A DNA stretch of 16,470 nt. Origin: Octopus sinensis (Eukaryota). The notes beneath the pieces are model-generated. The model ran no database searches and had not been told where the DNA came from. It saw only the letters and a program-made list of their open reading frames with translations. Shown piece after piece: positions 1 through 8,612 of this stretch. The position numbers were made by a program, and so were the translations under genes. Position 1 is the stretch's first letter; the number at the start of each line of letters is the position of its first letter. The stretch is from positions 1 to 16,470 of the forward strand of contig NW_021825135.1 in assembly GCF_006345805.1 (NCBI RefSeq). The letters run 5' to 3'.

Positions 1-87
1 TGTTATCATAGCTGGTGAGTCGCGAAGTATATTTTTTAAAAAGAGAATTCAAACTTTCTCGATTATTAAATTGAAAGATCTAGACGT

Positions 88-479
88 TATCTTTTGTTTG
101 TTTCAGTCAGACTGCGGCCATGCTGGGGCACCGCCTTGAAGAATTTTAGTAAAACGGATTGATCCTATTACTTTTTTAATCTTTAACTATAATACTTAAG
201 TTATCGGTCTCTTTTGCCTTACTGCTAGGTTATTGAGACGTAAGCACACAAACCCCGGTTGTCAGACGGTCGTAGGGAACAGACTCGAATTCACACACAT
301 ATGAGTTCGGCCGTACATACACACATACACATACGCAAACATGACGGGCTTCTTTCCATTTCCATCTACCATGTCCACTCAGATGGCTTTGGTCGGCCCA
401 AGGTACCTCGCTGTGGGACCGAACCCGGAACCATGTGGTTTGTAAGCAAACTTTTTACCATGTAGTCAAACCTACGCCT
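88..479 (-). mobile_element. tRNA-derived SINE, family A, copy 1 (internal 26-bp deletion)
   Basis: Collinear with 4128-4545 (tttcagtca..gactgc..ccatgctgg..gcacc; cggttgtca; gctgtggga.gaacc..gaaccatgtgg). The minus-strand 5' end has a B-box-like GGTTCGGTCCC. Resembles an octopus SINE (recall, possibly the OK family). Confidence 0.85.
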
Positions 480-933
480 ATTGTTTAATTTTATCAATTG
501 GATATTGTAATAAACAACACTCATTAGAAATGTCCACCATTCAACACACACGCACACACGGTAAGTTCATTCGGTTGCCCCGTTTAGCATGTTCCCCCGG
601 TCCTTTCGGTGATTTCAAGCCAGTCCAACCAGCTGCAATCACTGGGGTCAGTTCTCCAGTTTGAAGGTACCTCTTGGAAACCCTAAGGAAAGAGTGATAT
701 TCCCTGTTTTTCCTCCTGACTGTAAAACACACACACACACCGTTAAATGGGCGTATACGCTAGCTGGTATAATTCACGTATTGCATTCTTGGTAGAATTC
801 CATTTCTGTGAACTGCGGGAACACTGCATAATTGATTTGTAATATTTGTAAAAGGATGATAAATTGAAATACCTTAATCGATTATCTCTCGACCTGATTA
901 TATGACTGGTACTGTATCTTCCGAGACCCGGTT

Positions 934-950
934 GGGTGGGGCGGGGTGGG
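934..950 (+). other. G-quadruplex-forming motif
   Basis: GGG-T-GGGG-C-GGGG-T-GGG: four G-runs of at least 3 with 1-nt loops. Confidence 0.6.
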
Positions 951-1152
951 ACTGGAGTCTTATTGAATTTCAGTTGAAGGGGATGCATGCTACTGTTTCT
1001 CCTCTGCTGATATTTTTTGCCTTTTAATTAAATATTTCCATTTGTAAGGGTCATATGAGTGAGAGATTGGAGATCTATTCCAACGGAGAAACAGTATGCC
1101 TTTGGCCGGAGAGTGGAGTTTCATCATACGACTGTTTCTATTTATCAAGTTT

Positions 1153-1182
1153 GACCTGGGGCTAAACAAAAACATCATCATC
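1153..1182 (+). mobile_element. Possible retroposon 3' terminus with simple-repeat tail
   Basis: gacctggggctaaac followed by aaaaac(atc)3. A similar acctggggtaaac followed by a (taa)n run occurs at about 7926-7953. Body not recognised. Confidence 0.3.
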
Positions 1183-1232
1183 AAAAAGAATTGATCGAGA
1201 TTTCAGCAGTCCATCTGAAAACAAACATGGCG

Positions 1233-1242
1233 CTCTCTCTCG

Positions 1243-1284
<42 letters not shown>

Positions 1285-1303
1285 CAGAGAGAGAGAGAGA
1301 GAG
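1233..1303. repeat. Compound microsatellite (CT)n-(TA)n-(GA)n
   Basis: Direct reading; the CT and GA flanks make the block self-complementary. Confidence 0.95.
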
Positions 1304-2108
1304 GCGGGAGAACATAGGAATATAAACATATCTGTGAGAAGCGAAGTGTGTGTGTGTATATATATAATGTGTGTGTGTCTATGAGAGAGTGAGATGAGAT
1401 CAGAAGCAGTCAGTTATCAAAATAAGGAGATCAATATTCGATAAATTATTCGATACCTACTACAAAGATGAAGTATTTAAACACAAAAATGTTACTTTGA
1501 TAGCCTGTTTATCGACATTACACTTTTTCCATCTCCTCTTTCTCTTTCACTCTCTCTCTCTCTTCCAAGTGTTTCCCCCCACCCTATCCTTCCTCTCCTC
1601 CTTCCTTCTTCAACATCCACCTTCTCGCTCTTTGCTTGCTAAACCGTAAATTGAGCGGAATCTTCTTCGACAGACGATCTCGCATAATTGACACCATTTC
1701 AGTTGTAGGGTGTTAGTGGTTGGCGGAGTGGGGGCACGGCGTGGATGTAGGATGGGGTCGGGGTGAGATGGCGAAGTCTTATTCGGTGGTTCTTATGTTT
1801 GAAATGCCGGAATGTTTCGTTCGTGTGGTGTGGTGGGCATGTTAGGAGAGAATTATTGTACAATAGAATTTGTATTTTAGAAACGGTTGGCGTAATGATG
1901 ATGTTGGTGTTGGGGTGTGTAGGGGGATGGAAAAACATTGTTGGAAGGACAGAGAGGGGAGAGAGAAACACGGTGAGAGTAAGAGAGAGAAAGCATGTAG
2001 CTAGGGAAATGAAATGTAAAAGATACGAGAACACTGTGTATACAGATAGAGAGAGAGAGAGAGAGAGAGGGAGAGATGTTCTATGTGTGTGTGTGTATAT
2101 ATATATTC

Positions 2109-2441
2109 TACGGTACTCCGTCGGTTACGACGACGAGGGTTCCAGTTGATCCAATCAACGGAACAGCCTGCTCGTGAAATTAACATGCAAGTGGCTAAGC
2201 ACTCTACATACACGTGTACCCTTAACGTAGTTGTCAGGAAGATTCAGTGTGAGACAGTGTGACAAGGCTGGCCCTTTGGAAAATGGGTACAACAGAAACA
2301 GGAAGAAAGAATAAAAGTTGTGGTGAAAGGGTACAGCAAGGTTCGCTCCCCTTCTACCGGAGCCTCGTCGAGCTATAAGTGTTTTTGCTCATAAAACGCT
2401 CACAACGAAACCGCGATCCTACGACCGTGAGTCATAGGATC
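2109..2441 (-). mobile_element. tRNA-derived SINE, family C1 (OR1-like), 5' end rearranged
   Basis: 2111-2293 is collinear with 2712-2888. The minus-strand head reads ...ggtcgtaggatcgcggtttcg (tRNA anticodon/T-arm-like). Family name from recall only. Confidence 0.75.
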
Positions 2442-2711
2442 ATATGCGCACAAGGCCTCAAGAAATTGTTTGGTTTCTTCATCTTTCGAAAAACTTTATA
2501 TGAGTGTGATCATGCACCAAAGGAGCAATATAGTTACTGACCAGGTTTTTAATATTCTTTAGCAGTTAAATTTTGGTTAATCCTACTTTACCTCAGTTTA
2601 ACTCATCTGTGCTGTATTTCTGATGTTCAGGTTTGGTGGCTGTTTTACTGCTAATAAATCCTACACAGTTAATCCTTTCTAATTGGTGGAATTCTATATA
2701 AAATGGTATAA

Positions 2712-2996
2712 CTGGCACGCCGTCGGTTGCAACGACAAGAATTCCAGTTGACCCGATCAACAGAACAGTCTGCTTGTGAAATTAATGTCCAAGTGGCTGA
2801 GAACCCCACATAATCTTAACGTAGTTCTCAAGGAGATTCAGCATGATACAGAATATGACATGGTTGTCCCTTTGAAATATAGATACTAGCTATTTTTTGC
2901 CAGTTGAGTAAACTGGAGGAACAAACAATAAAGTGTCTCGCTCAAGGACACAGGGTGCCGCAAGGGATCGCACTCACAACCTTACAATCATGAGCC
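2712..2996 (-). mobile_element. CORE-type SINE, family C2 (OR2-like), slightly 5' truncated
   Basis: Minus strand has gtgagtgcgatccc (B-box-like), then gtgtccttgagcgagacactttatt...ctcaactggcaaaaaat resembling the CORE domain. Shares a ~175-bp 3' region with 2109-2441. Confidence 0.75.
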
Positions 2997-3494
2997 ATAT
3001 ATATTACTTACCATTCTATATAGAATGGTGTTTCTAATAACTATTTTTTTTTCTAGATTTAGTTTTGAATCGTCATGTGTTTGTAATGAATTGCTCCTTA
3101 CACTAAAAGGTGAATCAACAGAGGGGGAAAAGTGATATTTTTGTGTATGGGCCAGATGTAACAAATGGGAATATGAACTTTATAACTGTCGGGTTTACAC
3201 CGCCGTTTGTTCATATCGACCATGCTGGGATTTCGTTTGCCGGTCTCGAAAAATTATCTGCGTGCGCATGCTCAGGACAAGGGGATTTGCGGAAAACTGG
3301 CTATAACGCTTTCATGCAAGTCTGCCGATGTTCTCCATGGGAAAGGTCAATATCTTGGCTTGATATAGCCTGGCAGCAATTGTAATAGCATTCGTTGCTG
3401 TCACAACGCAATAAGTACACGGAATCCATAAGGGAATCGGAACTCATTCCTCCAGGCATTCTATCCCACTCGCAGACCAAACTGCCATGTCATC

Positions 3495-3495
<1 letters not shown>

Positions 3496-3545
<50 letters not shown>
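3496..3545. repeat. (ACAT)n tetranucleotide microsatellite
   Basis: Direct reading, about 12 units. Confidence 0.95.
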
Positions 3546-3548
<3 letters not shown>

Positions 3549-3549
3549 T

Positions 3550-3738
3550 ATGAGTAACAAAGATGTACAGGTGTCAATTCATTATGGCCGTTTCAAGCGG
3601 GTCCTTTAATTGATTAATGGAAATATTACATCTATTTGAAAGAAACTATTCTCGTCAGATGACCGTATAGACTTCAAACTGAAGTCCGCATAGAACTGAT
3701 ACTGAATGAATTGACACCTGTACATCTTTGTCACTCAT
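3550..3738. mobile_element. Foldback element with 34-bp inverted arms enclosing a hammerhead motif (PLE pseudo-LTR-like or MITE)
   Basis: 3550-3583 atgagtaacaaagatgtacaggtgtcaattcatt and 3705-3738 aatgaattgacacctgtacatctttgtcactcat are 33/34 complementary. Internal hairpin gacttc-aaact-gaagtc (3670-3686). Abuts the (ACAT)n/TA run. Confidence 0.75.
3579..3662 (-). ncRNA. Type I hammerhead ribozyme motif (degenerate, long loop II)
   Basis: Minus strand: tcat-CTGACGA-gaatag..(loop)..ccgctt-GAAA-cggcca-TA-atga. Stem I tcat/atga is 4 bp, the core is intact, and stem III is a near-palindrome ACGGCC(A)T. Stem II has two A.C mismatches. Confidence 0.65.
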
Positions 3739-3939
3739 TTATATTCTGTTCACCTAATTTAGAATCTGCACTTCGGAAATACTATAGAAAGTACGTTTAT
3801 GAAAAAAAAAAATGTCTGAATTACCAACAGCGGATATCTTCACTTAGCTGGGTTGCATTGTCTGCACATACGGCTGGAATATCAGGTAGAAACACTCCAG
3901 CACGGAGATTTAATATTCAATATTCAGTTGATATTGTTT

Positions 3940-4030
3940 GGGTGAGCAGATTATACCAACCTTGGAATGGTTGTGTGTCCGGATTATACCGACCTTAGAA
4001 GGATCGTGTGTCCGGATTATACCGACCTAA
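3940..4030. repeat. 33-bp minisatellite, about 2.7 copies
   Basis: gattatacc at 3949, 3982 and 4015 (period 33). gtgtgtccggattataccgacct is identical at 3973-3995 and 4006-4028. Confidence 0.9.
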
Positions 4031-4127
4031 GTACCAAATTCAAATGAATCTTAATTTTATATTTATAAGAGAAATTAATAGTGTGATTAGATAGTGGGAT
4101 AGAATACCTGGAGGAATATATCCTTTT

Positions 4128-4332
4128 ATTCTTTTAGTTGTTTCAGTCATTTGACTGCGACCATGCTGGAGCACCAACTTAAAGTGTGTTCATCGAAGAA
4201 ATCGAACTCAGAACTTTGTAAGCCAAGTACTTATTCTGTTACACTTTTACCGAAACGCTAAGTTACATGGGCATAAACACATCACCATCGGTTGTCAAGC
4301 GATGGCGGGGGGACAAGCACAGACGCATACTC

Positions 4333-4384
<52 letters not shown>

Positions 4385-4545
4385 GACGCGCTTCTCCCTG
4401 TTTCCTTCTACCAAATCCGCTCCCAAGGCTTGGAGCGGCCCGAGGCTATAGTAGAAGGCACTTGCTCGAGTCGCCACGCTGTGGGACTGAACCTAGAACC
4501 ATGTGGCTGGGAAGCAAGCTTCTTACCACATACCCATGCCTCGTC
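4128..4545 (-). mobile_element. tRNA-derived SINE, family A, copy 2 (near full length, internal (TA)n expansion at 4335-4381)
   Basis: Minus-strand head gcatgggtatgtggtaagaagcttgcttcccagccacatggttctaggttcagtccc has A/B-box-like motifs. Collinear with 88-479. Confidence 0.9.
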
Positions 4546-4549
4546 TTTA

Positions 4550-4551
<2 letters not shown>

Positions 4552-4587
<36 letters not shown>
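4552..4587. repeat. (TG)n microsatellite
   Basis: Direct reading. Confidence 0.95.
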
Positions 4588-4589
<2 letters not shown>

Positions 4590-5164
4590 GTCTGTCAGTG
4601 TATTGTTAGAGACATAGATGGACAGATAGTGGGAAACATGAATATCGATGAAGAGGAGAGACGAAAGAAAAATGTGCCGACAATAAGACAGAGAGACATA
4701 GAAACGGACCAACCGGCCGACAGTCGTACAGACGAACATTTGAGATAGATATTGTAGAAGCCATAAATTAAATTAGCAATAAACCGTCTAGTTTATTGGG
4801 TAACACACGCATATGGGATATAAAGAAAAAGTATATCACCTCACACATCCACACACACTCTGTCTCATAGAAACATACTGAGCACATATCTACACAAACG
4901 CGTGTGCGCGTGTAGACACACACACACACGTTCATACGTATTTTCAAGATGGCACAAACACATGTAACAACGCGTTTGTCTTGCATGAAATAAGACACAC
5001 AGGCACACACACACACACACACACACACACTGGAAAATAAACATGTGTGTGAATAGACATATAAACAGTGGGGGGGGGGAATAAAAATCTAATACAATCA
5101 ACAAACACCAGAGCAAATTACAATGAAAACAAAAAAAGAACAAAAAATTACCGTCGCCATCTTA

Positions 5165-5255
5165 ATGGCTGCTAGTGTCGCTGGAGTTGGGTGTTACGTT
5201 GCTCAGATATCTTCAAGTTTGAAAGCCGAAACTTTGAATGGTAGCATATCAATGG
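5165..5255 (+). CDS. Candidate short first coding exon (MAASVAGVGCYVAQISSSLKAETLNGSISM, phase-1 donor), product unknown
   Basis: Non-repetitive island between microsatellites. ATG in ttaATGG context and a canonical GTGAGT donor at 5256-5261. No homology recognised and no partner exon identified. Confidence 0.2.
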
Positions 5256-5259
5256 GTGA

Positions 5260-5445
5260 GTGTACGTGCGTGTGTATGTGTGTGTGTGTGCGTGTGTGTG
5301 TGTGTGTGTGTGCGTGTGTGTGTGTACGTGTGGGTGTATATACAATATACACAGGTCTTTACTTGTATTAGTTTGTACGTGGTTATACGTATACATACAC
5401 ACGTATGCATATTTGGGTCTATGTGAATTTCCACACGTATGTACT

Positions 5446-5503
<58 letters not shown>

Positions 5504-5708
5504 AAAGACGTGTGTGCACATGAATGCTTATATATATATATATGCGTCTGTCACTGCATCTTCACAGATGCATTCAGCTCCCTGTATGCTCTGTTTACAG
5601 ATGTGCACGGATACATGCACGAGTTTCTCTCTATGTAGGTATGTGTATATGCATGCTTGCGTGTCTGGCTGCGTATTTGTAAATATACGTATATGTGTGT
5701 CTGTGTGA

Positions 5709-5766
<58 letters not shown>

Positions 5767-5810
5767 ATATATATATATACATCTATGTCTGTGTATGTGT
5801 GTGTATATTT
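5260..5810. repeat. Mixed alternating purine-pyrimidine block ((TG)n, (TA)n, (CA)n)
   Basis: Direct reading; source of the CVCV/YIYI/HTHT ORFs. Confidence 0.9.
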
Positions 5811-6218
5811 GGTTTTGTGTTTGGTTCAAAGCCTACAATAAATATGACAATATATTGTCAAGTCAGTCTGGTTGACTTTACGTCGTTCTGAAAGTTTATT
5901 ATCGGTGAGAGAGAAATAGATGCAGAGGAAGATAGAAAGCTATGCATATGTAAATATATATTGATAAATATATATTTTTATATTGCTTACACACGCATGT
6001 ACATTTATTTGTGTCAGTGTATGAATGGTTGTATGTATCTAGGATAGGTACGAAGAGATATATTAGGAAAAAGAGAGAGTTTCTGTTATAATGTGTAAAA
6101 GACTAAAGCAATCGTGTGTGTGTGTTTGGCGGGGAACGTTGCGTATGGTTGCTGTGATGTTGTTTGAGTGGTTGGCGTAGATGGGTAATTGCACCAAAAG
6201 GGATTGTGTTTGGAGTGA

Positions 6219-6258
<40 letters not shown>

Positions 6259-6493
6259 TTATATACATACACACACACACACACACACACACAACACATA
6301 TATGCATGTATATGGGGTGTTAGGGAGAAGAATGTCGGGAGTGTGATGTATGGTAATATGAAGTTTCGGTCCAACCTCTGGTTTACTTTACCAGAAAAAA
6401 AATACATATATATATAAAAACGCAAAACATAACCAATAAAACACCCCACCCGCCACCTCCCTACAAAACAACTAGATCTAACAATTAGTGCAC

Positions 6494-6600
6494 TCTTCTT
6501 CTTCTTCTTCTTCTTCTTCTTCTTCTTCTTCTTCTTCTTCTTCTTCTTCTTCTTCTTCTTCTTCTTCTTCTTCTTCTTTTTCTTCTTCTTCTTCTTCTTC
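6494..6600. repeat. (CTT)n/(GAA)n trinucleotide tract, about 35 units, one interruption
   Basis: Direct reading; polypurine-polypyrimidine mirror repeat of the triplex-forming class. Confidence 0.95.
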
Positions 6601-6782
6601 ATGTATTTTTGTCGTTCTGTACTCTCGTTTCAGGTTTTTATTGTTTGTTTGTTGATGATGATGATAATGGTGATGACGATGATGTTATTGCTATTCTGAC
6701 TGTTACATTAGTGGTTGTTGTTGTTGTTGTTGTTTCATGAGCAGATGTAGTAAATCTTCAGGAAAAGGAAATGATAGAAAAG

Positions 6783-6887
6783 AACAACAATGAAAATCCT
6801 ATAAACAACAACAACAACAGCAACAACAACAATTTAGTAAAAATACCAAAATCAAACAAATATAAACAAACAACAGAATCACTTCAA

Positions 6888-6931
<44 letters not shown>

Positions 6932-6958
6932 CAATAACAACAATAATGATAATAATAA
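6783..6958. repeat. (AAC)n/(AAT)n compound microsatellite region
   Basis: Direct reading. Confidence 0.9.
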
Positions 6959-7257
6959 AAGGAAATCTGCAACATTATGTCGAAATGCAGCTATGTTTAA
7001 TGAAAAAAATGTCCGTCCCTCACCCAAACCTCAACTTTAAACTCAACAGCATCGCCATCGCCGACCATCGCCTGTAAGTAATGTGAAATTATAGGTCGAC
7101 CGTAGTGCAATCCGTAAAGTGACGGATGAAATGTCTCTTCAGATTTAGTTACTTCCTTTAATCGACAAAATCTCCATAAAATTCTTGGCCTTTTTGTAAG
7201 AAATTGGAGCTTAGAAGTATATATAATCTAGGATTTTTGCGTCTTCCTCCAATAAGT

Positions 7258-7657
7258 CTGACTTTTCTTGTCACCGCCTCTTCATATTCTTTTAGAGCAG
7301 TGCCGATCAGATCTATGTGTTTGGTGATCAACACTATGACAGTGACTTCGTCTGCGTAAGCCGACACGGGTCTCCCACGTCCTAGCTTGCATAGGCTGTC
7401 TCTCAACGTCTCCAGTTACGGCAGTAGTGGCTGTAGAATCAGAGTATACAGAAGAGACGAGAGAAGAAAACCTTGACGGATCGAGCGCATGAAGCTGAAT
7501 GGTTCTGATAGGCAACAATCCACCCGAACTACCGTGCATATGTCGCTGCACATTGCGTCAGTCCAGCCACGGAAGACTGGATCAAAACCAGCCGCCATGA
7601 GAACGGCCTCCAAGTATTTGATAATCGACCTTATCGAAGGGTTTTGATTGGTCCAAA

Positions 7658-7658
<1 letters not shown>
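7258..7658 (-). pseudogene. Degenerate reverse-transcriptase fragment of a non-LTR retrotransposon (L1/Tx1-like)
   Basis: Conceptual translation: LDQSKPFDKVDYQ/(+1 frameshift)YLEAVLMAAGFDPVFRGW...SIRQGFLLSSLLY...P*LETL...SAYADEVTV...KEYEEAVT. It matches the RT motifs D..KAFD.V, RQG.PLSP.L and YADD (here YADE). In-frame TAA at 7416-7418. Confidence 0.9.

Positions 7659-7739
<81 letters not shown>
7658..7739. repeat. (TAC)n-(TAA)n compound microsatellite
   Basis: Direct reading; on the minus strand it follows an AATAAA-containing end at about 7741-7765. Confidence 0.95.
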
Positions 7740-7741
<2 letters not shown>

Positions 7742-7955
7742 TTTCTTTTATTGACCACAAGGGCCCAAGTCATGGAATGATGAGTTACAGCACAAAAATC
7801 TCCCAAAACATGAGGGATTAGCATGAATGAAGGAGAGATTCTGCCACATGAGAGGATATAACGGAGGATAAATATAATAGAAAAATATATAGAATCCCCA
7901 GTAGAAGGGTAGTCCACTTCGGGCAACCTGGGGTAAACCCCAGTAATAATAATAG

Positions 7956-8122
7956 TTTCAAATTTTGGCACAAGGCCAGCAATTTTGGGGCAGTGGAATA
8001 CTCGATTACATTGACCCTAGCATTCAGCTGGTATTTATTTTATCGACCTTAGAAAAGAATGAAAGGCAAAGTCAGTCTCAGAAAAATATGACTCAGAATG
8101 TAAAGACAGACGAAATGCCGCT
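7956..8122 (-). mobile_element. tRNA-derived SINE, family B, 5'-truncated copy
   Basis: ggcacaaggcc...cgattacattgaccc...ggtatttattttatcgacc...gaaaggcaaagtc...gacgaaatgccgct, collinear with 13191-13398. Confidence 0.85.
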
Positions 8123-8367
8123 GTGCCGTCGCTGTGCCTCAGTTAGGTGGGTTGGCAAAAATGTTTAGAGCACCCGAAGAAAACGGAAGTGCCCCTTTCG
8201 GTCCCAGTTTCAAATCCTGCCCCTTTTCGACACCGACCTTCCTTTATTCCTTGTTCCATGAAATAACAGAAAATTACCCTAATTTAGCTTCCTTGGCTAC
8301 ACCGCGCACTCCGCGCCGACCCCAACCAACCAAAATCTATTGGACATTATTGTTACCATAATTAACT

Positions 8368-8612
8368 TCATCCTGACCATCATCAATTGTCAGCATCATC
8401 ATCAGCATCATCATCATCCAATGTCTCTTCCACATCGTCGTTGTCATCGTCAAACTTTATTGTCATCACTATCATCATCATCATCGCCAATTTCCGCCTC
8501 TTATCATCATCATTGTCATCGTCATCATCCGACCTCTTTGTTGCCATCGTTGTCGAATGTTATCGCTGTCATCATCATCATCATCATCATCATCATCACC
8601 GTCGTCGTCGTC
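8368..8612. repeat. Degenerate (CAT)n/(CGT)n low-complexity tract
   Basis: Direct reading; yields poly-H/S/I ORFs in three frames. Confidence 0.85.

Larger units (their letters stand above)
3446..4117. repeat. 25-bp inverted repeat pair (3446-3470 / 4093-4117)
   Basis: attcctccaggcattctatcccact versus agtgggatagaatacctggaggaat: 24/25 complementary. No TSD visible. Confidence 0.85.

Noticed and set aside
1223-1232. AACATGGCG YY1/start-like motif
   Set aside because: Runs straight into (CT)n(TA)n, with no ORF or donor.
3110-3385. 91-aa complex ORF, plus a possible small exon at 3057-3109 (tttctag acceptor, AAG|GTGAAT donor)
   Set aside because: GTG start, no recognisable domain, weak donor and no partner exons. 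Not supportable without RNA-seq or homology.
3940-4030. CRISPR-like appearance of the 33-bp repeats
   Set aside because: Contiguous tandem units without unique spacers, eukaryotic context, no cas genes.
4480-4545. tRNA-like A/B boxes at SINE heads (also 13330-13398 and 2950-2996)
   Set aside because: No complete cloverleaf, and they continue into SINE bodies, so they are not tRNA genes.
4267-6417. Many ORFs with YIYI/CVCV/HTHT or poly-K runs
   Set aside because: Translations of (TA)n, (TG)n, (CA)n and (CTT)n repeats, which lack stops in several frames; no protein-like content.
6771-7040. Asn-rich ORF with a nearby GTAAGT at about 7074
   Set aside because: The Asn runs are (AAC)/(AAT) microsatellites, and the ORF stops before the donor.
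6755-8405. Other CTGANGA matches on the minus strand (6755-6761, 7136-7142, 8399-8405)
   Set aside because: None is followed by a stem II, GAAA, stem III/UH and matching stem I.
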